Positions 9,979 to 17,640 of a DNA stretch of 45,721 nucleotides are shown here, piece by piece; position 1 is the first letter of the stretch, and each line of letters starts with the position of its first letter. A model generated the notes under the pieces. The model was given only the letters and a program-made list of their open reading frames with translations, was not told the origin of the DNA and searched no databases. Position numbers and translations under genes: made by a program. Origin of the DNA: Bacteroidia bacterium (GTDB lineage: Bacteria > Bacteroidota > Bacteroidia > NS11-12g > UBA955); contig JBILTS010000002.1 in the NCBI GenBank assembly GCA_044371405.1, positions 1 to 45,721 on the forward strand, given 5' to 3'.

Positions 9979-10915
9979 ATTTAATACATTGGCGTTAGAA
10001 ATCTTCCATTACCAGCGTCAGCAAAACCCCATTTTTAAGCATTGGTTGGAAGTGAATGGCAATAAACAACCCGAAAGTCCTGCTGAAATCCCCTTTTTAC
10101 CCATAGATTTTTTTAAACAGTTTAGGATTACCTGTTTTAAAGAGCCGGAGTCAATTGTATTTGAAAGTAGCGGTACCGGACAGTCCGGAGTATCGAAGCA
10201 TTATTTGCAAAATCCTGAAATTTACGTTTGCAATTTTCGCAAATGTTTTGAAATGCAATACGGTCCTGCCTCACAATACGCCTGGCTGTGCTTGCTGCCC
10301 GGATATCTGGAAAGGAAAAACAGCAGCCTGGTTTTTATGGCTGATGATTTTGTAAAAATCGGCCGGCCCGGCAGTGATTTCTATTTGTATGATTACCCCA
10401 AACTTATCAGACAAATTGAATCCAATGAAAACACAGGCACTAAGGGCATTTTACTGGGGGTTACTTTTGCCCTGAAAGAACTGGCTGACATGTATGGAGG
10501 CCCGCCGCTAAAACACACCATCATCATGGAAACCGGCGGCATGAAAGGTCGTGGGCCGGAACTCACCCGCACCGAATTGCACGAATATTGGTGCAGGCGC
10601 TTTGGCGTAACCGAAATACATAGTGAATATGGCATGACAGAACTAATGAGCCAGGCCTACAGCCAAGGAAACGGGCGCTTTGTGTGTCCGCCATGGATGA
10701 AAATCATGATTCGAGATATCAGCGACCCCGGGAACTGGCTTCCGCCGGGCAAAACCGGCATTATTTGCGTGGTGGATTTAGCCAATGTGCACAGCTGCTG
10801 TTTTATTGCCACACAGGATTTGGGCAAACTGCATGATGACGGCAGTTTCGAGGTGCTTGGACGCCATGACCAAAGTGAGGTACGTGGCTGCAACCTGCTG
10901 GTTTCTGAAAATTAA
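9935..10915 (+). CDS. LuxE/PaaK-like acyl-protein synthetase / adenylate-forming acyltransferase family protein
   Basis: FNTLALEIFHYQRQQNPIFKHWL N-terminus typical of the LuxE-like family. SSGTGQSGVSKH adenylation-type loop, ETGGMKGRG, SEYGMTE. ATG at 9935 preferred over the TTG at 9899. Confidence 0.7.
   Translation: MTDILNRVWNTDDVKFNTLALEIFHYQRQQNPIFKHWLEVNGNKQPESPAEIPFLPIDFFKQFRITCFKEPESIVFESSGTGQSGVSKHYLQNPEIYVCNFRKCFEMQYGPASQYAWLCLLPGYLERKNSSLVFMADDFVKIGRPGSDFYLYDYPKLIRQIESNENTGTKGILLGVTFALKELADMYGGPPLKHTIIMETGGMKGRGPELTRTELHEYWCRRFGVTEIHSEYGMTELMSQAYSQGNGRFVCPPWMKIMIRDISDPGNWLPPGKTGIICVVDLANVHSCCFIATQDLGKLHDDGSFEVLGRHDQSEVRGCNLLVSEN
9976..9983 (-). promoter_or_regulatory. Bacteroidota -7 promoter box (TAAATTTG) for the 178-aa lipoprotein gene
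   Basis: Exact TAnnTTTG on the minus strand. Lies inside the LuxE-like CDS and overlaps the TTG given as the ORF start. Confidence 0.4.
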
Positions 10916-13266
10916 TCTTCCGTTTCGTCGGGCAACTCTATCACGGTTTCCTTCAGCTCCTCTTTTGGATTGAGGCCTTTTTCAAACGTAAGAATAAGCG
11001 CAGGCAGCAAAAACAGATTGGCCACCAAACCTGTAAGCAGTGTAACCGCGGTGAGCCAGCCCAGTGCCTGGGTACCTTCGAATCGGCTGAACATGAAAAT
11101 CATGTAACCGGCAAAAAGCGCCACCATGGTATAAATCATGCTCAATCCCACTTCCATAATGGTATGGCTGAGGGCTTCACGCAATGTTTTTTTGGTATGC
11201 AGCAACTCCCGCCTAAACGTACTCATGAAGTGGGTAGTGGCGTCTATCGTAATGCCAAATGCAATACTAAACACCAGTATGGTACTGGGTTTCAATGGAA
11301 TCTTTAAAAAGCCCATCAAGCCGGCTGTTACAAGCAGTGGCAGCACATTCGGAATCACAGAAATAATGATCATTTTGATGCTGGGGAACAGCAAACCCAT
11401 GGTAAGACTGATGATGAGTAAGCTCCACAGCGTACTGCTGATAAGACTGTCGTATAAATAGCGGTTTCCCTGCAAAAAGATGGCTGCGGTACCCGTGATT
11501 TTCACTTCATACTGTTCCTCAGGAAAGATTTTCCCTGCAATATTTTTCACCTGATTGGTTATGCTATCCATGCGAATAGATCCTACGTCAGCCATCTGAT
11601 AGCTGATGCGGAGACGGGTCATACTCGTATCCACCATCCCGTTCACAATGCTCTTTCTGCCCTGAGCCGGTGCAGGCATCCGCGAGGAAATATCACCCAA
11701 GTCGGTTGCTTTGGGAACCCGGTATTGCCGCACATCACCACCATTGTAGGCCTGATTGGCAAAACTTACCAGTTCTACCAGACTCATGGGCTTACTAAAC
11801 TCTTCATAACGGCGCAAAGATTTTTGCAGACTATTGGCCTTATTCAGCACCTCTGCAGAGTTGGCACCGCCCTCATCGTGGCAGGTTATTAGTATTTCAA
11901 ACGGCATTACTCCGCGGAAATTCTGCTGAAAGAAAACCAAGTCTTTATAAATCTTGCTGGACTTAGGTACATCATCCAGTATAAAAGCAAGTGGTCGCAA
12001 CCGTATGATATAAATACTGCTGATTACCGTGAATGCGATACTCCAGAAGTAAATGGATCGCTTTTTATTGAACGCGTTGAAACGAACCCAATTGAGAAAA
12101 TTATTTACATTCTTGTTATCGAGGTGGGCGGTTTGCTTTTCTGTAGGTGGCGGCAGGTAGCTGTATAACACCGGAATACCGATGATGTTAATAAAGAAAA
12201 TGATATTGATGGTAATGAACGCTACCACACCAAACTGCTCAAGCATGATGGTTTTGGTAAAATAAAAGGTACCAAAGCCTACCGCGGTAGTGAAATTAAT
12301 AAGGAATGTAGCTACGCCAATGCGCGAGATAATGCGCGTGAGCGCACGGGCCTTATTGCCGTGCCTCCGGTATTCCTCGTGGTATTTATTGATGAGATAG
12401 ATGGTGTTTTGCACCCCTATCACCACCAGCAGGGGCGGAAGGGTACCGGTGAGCATGGTGAGCTTGTAGCCCAACAGACCCGTAACGGATAGCATGGTTA
12501 CTACCCCGATAGCAATGAAGAACAATGAAATGGCCAGGGTGCTGATGCTGCGGAAGAAACCCAGAATGAGCAGCGCGGTTACCCCAAAGGCGATAATGGT
12601 AAACAGCACGATTTCACTTTTCACCTTGGTGGCAAACTCGGTGCGGATAAAGGGCAGACCGCTGTAGTGCATTTCGATGCCGTGCTTTACCCCAAATGCT
12701 TCGCAGCGCTTTTCTATATTACGTATGAGGGTAATACGGCCCTTGCTATTCAGGGTACTGTCTTTTAATGAAATAACCATGAGCGCGACCTTAGCGGTAT
12801 CGTTATACAGCAGCCCTTCGTAAAATTTCAGGGATTTGAATGCAGCGGCCACGCTGTCCAGCTCCTGTTGGCTTTGAGGCATACGGCTAAGCAGCGGCTT
12901 CACCGCATACATGTCGGTGGTGGTGTCTATGACCAGATTAAAGACCCTGGCGGGTGAAAGCAAATCTATGACACCAGGTTGCTTCTGGACTTCTTCGCAA
13001 AGCTTGTAGTAATCCTGGTAAAACGGCAGGGAGAAAATGTCTTTGTGTTTAAACCCGATAACCACCTTGTTGCCGTCTTCGCCGAATGTTTTCTTGAAGG
13101 CCATGTAGGCCTTGTATTCGGGATCATCCTGTGGCACCAGTTTTTGCATGTCGTATGCCATTTCGGCCTTGGTAGCGTACCAGCCGGCGGCAGCGGCAAA
13201 CGCCAGAATGAGCACCACAAAATAGTTGCGGTTTTTAAGGATATAGGTTGCTATGCGATCCCACAT
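10912..13266 (-). CDS. MMPL/RND-superfamily transporter (2 x 6 TM with two periplasmic loops)
   Basis: 784 aa. N-terminal TM, large soluble loop, a block of 5 TM helices, then the same pattern repeated. Overall RND/MMPL (HpnN-like) architecture. Confidence 0.8.
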   Translation of the reverse strand: MWDRIATYILKNRNYFVVLILAFAAAAGWYATKAEMAYDMQKLVPQDDPEYKAYMAFKKTFGEDGNKVVIGFKHKDIFSLPFYQDYYKLCEEVQKQPGVIDLLSPARVFNLVIDTTTDMYAVKPLLSRMPQSQQELDSVAAAFKSLKFYEGLLYNDTAKVALMVISLKDSTLNSKGRITLIRNIEKRCEAFGVKHGIEMHYSGLPFIRTEFATKVKSEIVLFTIIAFGVTALLILGFFRSISTLAISLFFIAIGVVTMLSVTGLLGYKLTMLTGTLPPLLVVIGVQNTIYLINKYHEEYRRHGNKARALTRIISRIGVATFLINFTTAVGFGTFYFTKTIMLEQFGVVAFITINIIFFINIIGIPVLYSYLPPPTEKQTAHLDNKNVNNFLNWVRFNAFNKKRSIYFWSIAFTVISSIYIIRLRPLAFILDDVPKSSKIYKDLVFFQQNFRGVMPFEILITCHDEGGANSAEVLNKANSLQKSLRRYEEFSKPMSLVELVSFANQAYNGGDVRQYRVPKATDLGDISSRMPAPAQGRKSIVNGMVDTSMTRLRISYQMADVGSIRMDSITNQVKNIAGKIFPEEQYEVKITGTAAIFLQGNRYLYDSLISSTLWSLLIISLTMGLLFPSIKMIIISVIPNVLPLLVTAGLMGFLKIPLKPSTILVFSIAFGITIDATTHFMSTFRRELLHTKKTLREALSHTIMEVGLSMIYTMVALFAGYMIFMFSRFEGTQALGWLTAVTLLTGLVANLFLLPALILTFEKGLNPKEELKETVIELPDETED

Positions 13267-13273
13267 AAAGGTG

Positions 13274-13281
13274 CAAAAATA
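13274..13281 (-). promoter_or_regulatory. Bacteroidota -7 promoter box (TATTTTTG, extended TTTGCACC) for the MMPL gene
   Basis: Exact TAnnTTTG only 7 nt upstream of the ATG at 13266. Confidence 0.45.
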
Positions 13282-13332
13282 GGGTTAAGTATTTCAATAA
13301 TGGCCATGTAATATCAGGTATGACACCAACAC

Positions 13333-13363
13333 AAAAAAAACCGCCCTTCCGGGCGGTTTTTTT
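13333..13363. terminator. Bidirectional rho-independent terminator after rplI
   Basis: AAAAAAAA-CCGCCC-ttcc-GGGCGG-TTTTTTT, 19 nt downstream of the rplI stop at 13382. Confidence 0.85.
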
Positions 13364-13381
13364 ATAAAACGATTCAGGAGA

Positions 13382-13822
13382 TTATTCCGCTACCACTTCC
13401 ACGGTAATCGAGGCAGTAATGTCTTTGAACAGGTTGATATCGGCGGTGTAGGTTCCCAGGTTTTTGATGTCATCAACCGCAATTTTACGGCGATCCACAT
13501 CGTAGCCCTGTTCCTTCAGCGCGTTGGCAATCTGCAGGCCGGTTACCGAACCGAAAATCTTACCGGAAGCACCGGCTTTGGTTTTCACGGTTACCGATGC
13601 ACCATTCAGTTTGGCAGAAATCTGCTCGGCATCTTTGCGGAGTTTTTCTACTTTAAACGCACGCTGGCGGATATCTTCGGCCAGCATCTTCATCGCACCG
13701 TCGGTAGCCAGCTTGGCCATGCCTTTGGGGATGAGGTAATTGCGTCCGTATCCGTCTTTCACCACTACCACATCGTCTTTGTGGCCCAGGTTTTTCACGT
13801 CTTGTGTCAGGATGATTTTCAT
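13382..13822 (-). CDS. rplI: 50S ribosomal protein L9
   Basis: MKIILTQDVKNLGHKDDVVVVKDGYGRNYLIPKGMA N-terminal domain. 146 aa. Confidence 0.96.
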   Translation of the reverse strand: MKIILTQDVKNLGHKDDVVVVKDGYGRNYLIPKGMAKLATDGAMKMLAEDIRQRAFKVEKLRKDAEQISAKLNGASVTVKTKAGASGKIFGSVTGLQIANALKEQGYDVDRRKIAVDDIKNLGTYTADINLFKDITASITVEVVAE

Positions 13823-13828
13823 GATTTT

Positions 13829-13837
13829 CTCCTCCTT
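13829..13837 (-). promoter_or_regulatory. Shine-Dalgarno site AAGGAGGAG for rplI
   Basis: Minus strand reads AAGGAGGAGAAAATCATG. The GGAGG lies 8 nt from the ATG, in the 16-nt rpsR-rplI spacer. Confidence 0.7.
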
Positions 13838-13838
13838 C

Positions 13839-14102
13839 TTATTTTAAGCCGTCAGCTACGAAAGGCAACAAAGACAGGTGTCTTGCGCGCTTGATAGCTA
13901 CGGAAATTTTGCGTTGAAACTTGAGTGAAGTACCGGTGATACGACGGGGAAGAATCTTGCCCTGATCGTTCACAAACTTCAACAGAAAGTCTTTGTCTTT
14001 GAAGTCGATGTAACGGATACCGTGCTTCTTGAAGCGGCAGTATTTTTTCTTCTGCAACACCTGGGGTGTCTGGTTGAAGATAAAGTTTACTTCTTTGCTC
14101 AT
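13839..14102 (-). CDS. rpsR: 30S ribosomal protein S18
   Basis: [19 protein letters not shown]...[37 protein letters not shown] overlap with rpsF. Confidence 0.96.
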   Translation of the reverse strand: MSKEVNFIFNQTPQVLQKKKYCRFKKHGIRYIDFKDKDFLLKFVNDQGKILPRRITGTSLKFQRKISVAIKRARHLSLLPFVADGLK

Positions 14103-14473
14103 GATGCGGCCTCCTCTACAGCTACAGTTTTAGGCTGATTGAATTCGCCTTTGCGTTTCCGGTCGTTGTAATCAACACCCCACTTATCCAGCTTCACGGT
14201 GAGGTAACGCATGATGCGCTCGTCACGGCGGAAAGCCAGTTCGAAGGTTTTGATGAACTCAGGGTTTGCTTTGAATTCAAACAAATGATAAAATCCCGTG
14301 CCTTTTTTGTCGATGGGATAGGCTAATTTGGTCAGGCCCCAGTTTTCTTCGTGGACCATCTCCCCACCGTTACCTGTGATCAGCTCTCTGTAGCCTTTAA
14401 CAGCATCTTTCATCTGTTGTTCAGAGAGCACGGGTGTTAAAATGATCACGGTTTCATACTGATTGTGGTTCAT
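14099..14473 (-). CDS. rpsF: 30S ribosomal protein S6
   Basis: [15 protein letters not shown]...[15 protein letters not shown]6 signature. 124 aa. Confidence 0.95.
   Translation of the reverse strand: MNHNQYETVIILTPVLSEQQMKDAVKGYRELITGNGGEMVHEENWGLTKLAYPIDKKGTGFYHLFEFKANPEFIKTFELAFRRDERIMRYLTVKLDKWGVDYNDRKRKGEFNQPKTVAVEEAAS
14110..14116 (-). promoter_or_regulatory. Shine-Dalgarno site GAGGAGG for rpsR, embedded in the 3' end of rpsF
   Basis: Minus strand reads GTAGAGGAGGCCGCATCATGA. The GGAGG lies 7 nt from the rpsR ATG. Confidence 0.7.
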
Positions 14474-14498
14474 TGTAAAAGTGCTTTTTTAGGGGGTG

Positions 14499-14506
14499 CA
14501 AAAATA
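14499..14506 (-). promoter_or_regulatory. Bacteroidota -7 promoter box (TATTTTTG, extended TTTGCACC) for rpsF-rpsR-rplI
   Basis: Exact TAnnTTTG, 25 nt upstream of the rpsF ATG, in the yidD-rpsF spacer. Confidence 0.45.
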
Positions 14507-14548
14507 TGGGAAATACTTGATAAATCAAAGGAAATGCGGAAAAATCGG

Positions 14549-14758
14549 TCAGGGAACAGGATCGAAACCGCTTCCGCCCCAGGGATGGCAGCGGCCAATG
14601 CGTTTGGCGGTGAGCTTAAATCCTTTGAAAAAACCGTGCTTTTTAAAGGCCTGAACCCCGTATTCGCTGCATGATGGCTCGTAACGGCAGCTTTTGGGAA
14701 ACAGCGGACTGAGTGCATATTGATAGATACGAATAAGGAAGATGGCCAACTTACGCAT
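14549..14758 (-). CDS. yidD: Membrane protein insertion efficiency factor YidD
   Basis: IRIYQYALSPLFPKSCRYEPSCSEYGVQAFKKHG...RIGRCHPWGGSGFDPVP. 69 aa. 8-nt overlap with rnpA. Confidence 0.95.
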   Translation of the reverse strand: MRKLAIFLIRIYQYALSPLFPKSCRYEPSCSEYGVQAFKKHGFFKGFKLTAKRIGRCHPWGGSGFDPVP

Positions 14759-15161
14759 GGTTCATTTTCCTTTCCATTTTCTGTATGCACTGCAAAAAAG
14801 CGGCCTGAATTGCCTGAAAGGACAATTGTTCCTGTCCTGTATATATCATGGCCATGGCCAGCTGCTGGCCTTCGGTCAAATTGAGACATTTCAACTGCAG
14901 TTGATTGAGGCGGTAAACTTCACGCAGCAGGCGTTTCACACGGTTGCGGTCGGTGGCTTTTTTGAATCTTTTTTTGCTTACGCTGAACAATACCTGAAAG
15001 GCAGGCGCACTGTCCGGTTTGGGCTGAAGCAGATAATTAATGCGAAGGGGATAGTTACTAACAAAAAAACCGGGCTGAAATAACCCGGTAATGGTTTTTT
15101 CACTGCGCAGAATATTCTTTCTGGGCAGTTTATATCGTTGCTGGAGCTGCGGAGGTGTCAA
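14751..15161 (-). CDS. rnpA: Ribonuclease P protein component
   Basis: Position between rpmH and yidD. Basic N-terminus YKLPRKNILRSEKTITGLF and RNRVKRLLRE RNR motif. The only available start is the TTG at 15161. Confidence 0.88.
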   Translation of the reverse strand: MTPPQLQQRYKLPRKNILRSEKTITGLFQPGFFVSNYPLRINYLLQPKPDSAPAFQVLFSVSKKRFKKATDRNRVKRLLREVYRLNQLQLKCLNLTEGQQLAMAMIYTGQEQLSFQAIQAAFLQCIQKMERKMNHA

Positions 15162-15182
15162 TCTGCACCGTCCTTTCCATTA

Positions 15183-15344
15183 TTAACCCTTGTGCCCTCT
15201 TTCGTCGGAGGTAGAGAGTTTATGGCGGCCCCTGGCACGGCGCGCAGCCAGTACGCGTTGTCCATTGGCGGAGCTCATGCGCTTGCGGAAACCGTGACGG
15301 TTTCTGCGCTTGGTTTTCGAAGGTTGGTAGGTACGCTTGGTCAT
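15183..15344 (-). CDS. rpmH: 50S ribosomal protein L34
   Basis: [44 protein letters not shown]. Internal ATG at 15344 preferred over the ORF-track start at 15368. Confidence 0.93.
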   Translation of the reverse strand: MTKRTYQPSKTKRRNRHGFRKRMSSANGQRVLAARRARGRHKLSTSDERGHKG

Positions 15345-15365
15345 GTCAATCCTTGATTGGGGGTG

Positions 15366-15373
15366 CAAATTTA
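15366..15373 (-). promoter_or_regulatory. Bacteroidota -7 promoter box (TAAATTTG, extended TTTGCACC) for rpmH-rnpA-yidD
   Basis: Exact TAnnTTTG, 21 nt upstream of the ATG at 15344. Its position also argues against the 15368 start. Confidence 0.5.
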
Positions 15374-15496
15374 TGAATTGCTGTTAACTTTTGCAAGTAA
15401 TAATCAGGATTTATCTTTAAAAAATCATTTTAAAATGCTTCATCCCCGGTGATTACCTCTTCGCTGGAAAAAACACAATTGAACAGATATCCCGGT

Positions 15497-17572
15497 TTAA
15501 CTAACTGAACTGCCTGGTTTTACAGCATCTGAAGGGGAAACAAACACCAGCTTGCCATCGGCATCCTCGGCCATTAGAATCATACCTTGGCTTTCAATGC
15601 CACGCATTTTTCGGGGTGCCAGGTTGGCCAGAAAGAGAACCTGCTTACCGACAATGTTTTCGGGCTGAAAATGCAGTGCAATACCGCTCACCACGGTCCG
15701 CTCCTCGCCTCCTACATTCAGGGTAAGTTTGAGCAGTTTGTCGGCTTTTTCCACCTTCTCGGCCGCCTTGATTTCCGCAATGCGCAAATCCAGTTTGGCA
15801 AAGTCATCATAGGTGATTTCGGGCTTGGCTGCGGTTTCTTCAGGCGCAGGCAGGGTTGTATTGTTTTCCATAGATTTATCCTGCAGTTTTTGCAACTGCA
15901 CCGCTATTTGTTCGTCTTCAATTTTGGTAAAAATCAGTCCGGGTTCACCCAGGGGATGACCTTCGGCAAAGGGTTTCAGCAAGGTGCCGTTGTTCCAGAA
16001 AGCCCTCACCACAAACTCCAACGGAAGCAGGTTCAGCTGAGCACACAATTTTTCGTGGGTATGCGGCAAATAGGGTTCGCAGGCAATGGCGATATTGGCT
16101 AGTATTTCCAGCGCAAAGGCCATGGCCGTGGCGGTGGCCTCAGGATCGGTTTTTTGGAGTTTCCATGGCTCCGTTTCTGCCAAAAATTTATTGCCGGCAC
16201 GGGATATGTTCATGAGGGCAGTCAAACCATCGCGAAAACGGTATTCTTCGGTGGCGGCGCAGAGTTCTTTTTGCAAACCGGCAATCTCACTTCTTACCTG
16301 GCCGATTTGCGCCGAAAAATGAGCATCGGAGAATGCGGGTGCTTTTCCATCATAAAATTTTTGGGTGAGCACTGTTACCCTATTGGCAAAATTGCCCAGA
16401 ATGGCCACCAGTTCATTGTTTACGCGGGCCTGGTAATCTTTCCAGGTAAACTCGCTGTCTTTGGTTTCGGGGGCAATGCTGCAAAGTACGTAGCGAAGTT
16501 CGTCCTGTTTGCCGGGCATTTCCTGCAGGTATTCATCTAACCAAACTGCCCAGTTGCGGCTGGTGCTGATTTTCTTACCTTCCAGGTTTAGAAACTCATT
16601 GGCCGGCACATCCTGCGGAACCACGAATCCATCGCCGCGCAGGTGCAGCATGGCAGGGAATATAATGCAGTGAAAAACGATGTTATCTTTCCCGATAAAA
16701 TGCACCAGCCGGGTATCACCTTTCCACCATTCCTGCCAGTCATTGGGGCGCAGTTCACGGGTGGCGCTGATGTAGCCGATGGGTGCTTCGAACCAAACAT
16801 AAAGTACTTTTCCAGCCAGGTCGGCCGCTTCATGTCCGGGCAAATCGGGCAGGGCCACACCCCAGTCCAAATCGCGTGTCATGGCGCGGGGTTTCAGCCC
16901 TTCGTTGAGCCAGCTTTTACACTGCCCCAGCACATTGGATTTCCAGTGGGTATTGCCACCTATATAATCGTTCAAAAAGGATTTTTGCAGCTCATCCAGG
17001 GGCAGAAACCAGTTGCGGGTAGGCTTCATTATCGGCGGCACTCCGCTGAGGGCACTGCGCGGGTTTTTTAGCTCTGCGGGACTCAGTGTGCTTCCGCATT
17101 GTTCGCATTGGTCGCCGTAAGCATTTTCATTTGCACATACCGGGCAGGTACCTATAATGTAGCGGTCTGCAAGGAATTGTACGGCTTCGGGGTCAAAGTA
17201 TTGCTCGGTTACTTCCTCGGTAAATGCACCTTTGGTGTATAAATCGAAAAAAAACTCACGGGCTGTTTGCTTATGAATATCGTTGCTGGTGCGGCTGTAA
17301 ATATCAAAACTTACACCAAAATCTTTAAAGCTTTTTCCGATAATATTGTGATAGCGGTCTACCACTTCTTGCGGCGTTATTCCTTCTTTGCGGGCCCTGA
17401 GGGTAATGGGAACACCGTGTTCATCGCTGCCACAGATAAAAATAACTTCACGTCCGCAGTTTCTGAGGTAACGCACATAAATGTCGGCCGGAAGGTAGAC
17501 ACCGGCAACATGGCCAATATGGACGGGACCATTGGCATAGGGCAAAGCAGCAGTAACGGTGGTGCGTTTCAT
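15497..17572 (-). CDS. metG: Methionine--tRNA ligase
   Basis: PYANGPVHIGH (HIGH), CPVC...CEQCG zinc knuckles, KISTSRN (KMSKS-like), C-terminal tRNA-binding (EMAP/Trbp111-like) domain. 691 aa. Confidence 0.96.
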   Translation of the reverse strand: MKRTTVTAALPYANGPVHIGHVAGVYLPADIYVRYLRNCGREVIFICGSDEHGVPITLRARKEGITPQEVVDRYHNIIGKSFKDFGVSFDIYSRTSNDIHKQTAREFFFDLYTKGAFTEEVTEQYFDPEAVQFLADRYIIGTCPVCANENAYGDQCEQCGSTLSPAELKNPRSALSGVPPIMKPTRNWFLPLDELQKSFLNDYIGGNTHWKSNVLGQCKSWLNEGLKPRAMTRDLDWGVALPDLPGHEAADLAGKVLYVWFEAPIGYISATRELRPNDWQEWWKGDTRLVHFIGKDNIVFHCIIFPAMLHLRGDGFVVPQDVPANEFLNLEGKKISTSRNWAVWLDEYLQEMPGKQDELRYVLCSIAPETKDSEFTWKDYQARVNNELVAILGNFANRVTVLTQKFYDGKAPAFSDAHFSAQIGQVRSEIAGLQKELCAATEEYRFRDGLTALMNISRAGNKFLAETEPWKLQKTDPEATATAMAFALEILANIAIACEPYLPHTHEKLCAQLNLLPLEFVVRAFWNNGTLLKPFAEGHPLGEPGLIFTKIEDEQIAVQLQKLQDKSMENNTTLPAPEETAAKPEITYDDFAKLDLRIAEIKAAEKVEKADKLLKLTLNVGGEERTVVSGIALHFQPENIVGKQVLFLANLAPRKMRGIESQGMILMAEDADGKLVFVSPSDAVKPGSSVS

Positions 17573-17579
17573 TAGGGTA

Positions 17580-17587
17580 CAAAGTTA
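17580..17587 (-). promoter_or_regulatory. Bacteroidota -7 promoter box (TAACTTTG) for metG
   Basis: Exact TAnnTTTG only 7 nt upstream of the metG ATG. Confidence 0.4.
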
Positions 17588-17640
17588 CATTTAGAATGGA
17601 GCAGGAAAAGTAAGATTTTTACACTGTGTCCAATGTAATG

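Noticed and set aside
13132-13147. Sigma-54-like promoter TGGCAC-N6-TTGC on the plus strand
   Set aside because: The GG-to-GC spacing is one nucleotide too long for the strict -24/-12 geometry. The site also lies antisense inside the MMPL coding region with no downstream plus-strand gene.
14470-14889. 139-aa minus-strand ORF overlapping yidD and rnpA in another frame
   Set aside because: yidD and rnpA have unmistakable family signatures in their own frames. This ORF is an out-of-frame shadow.
15345-15368. N-terminal extensions suggested by the ORF track: rpmH to 15368, HU to 20508, tex to 41591, helicase to 44634, LuxE-like from 9899
   Set aside because: In each case an internal ATG reproduces the canonical family N-terminus. 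The extension translates promoter or AT-rich spacer sequence, in two cases including the TAnnTTTG box itself.
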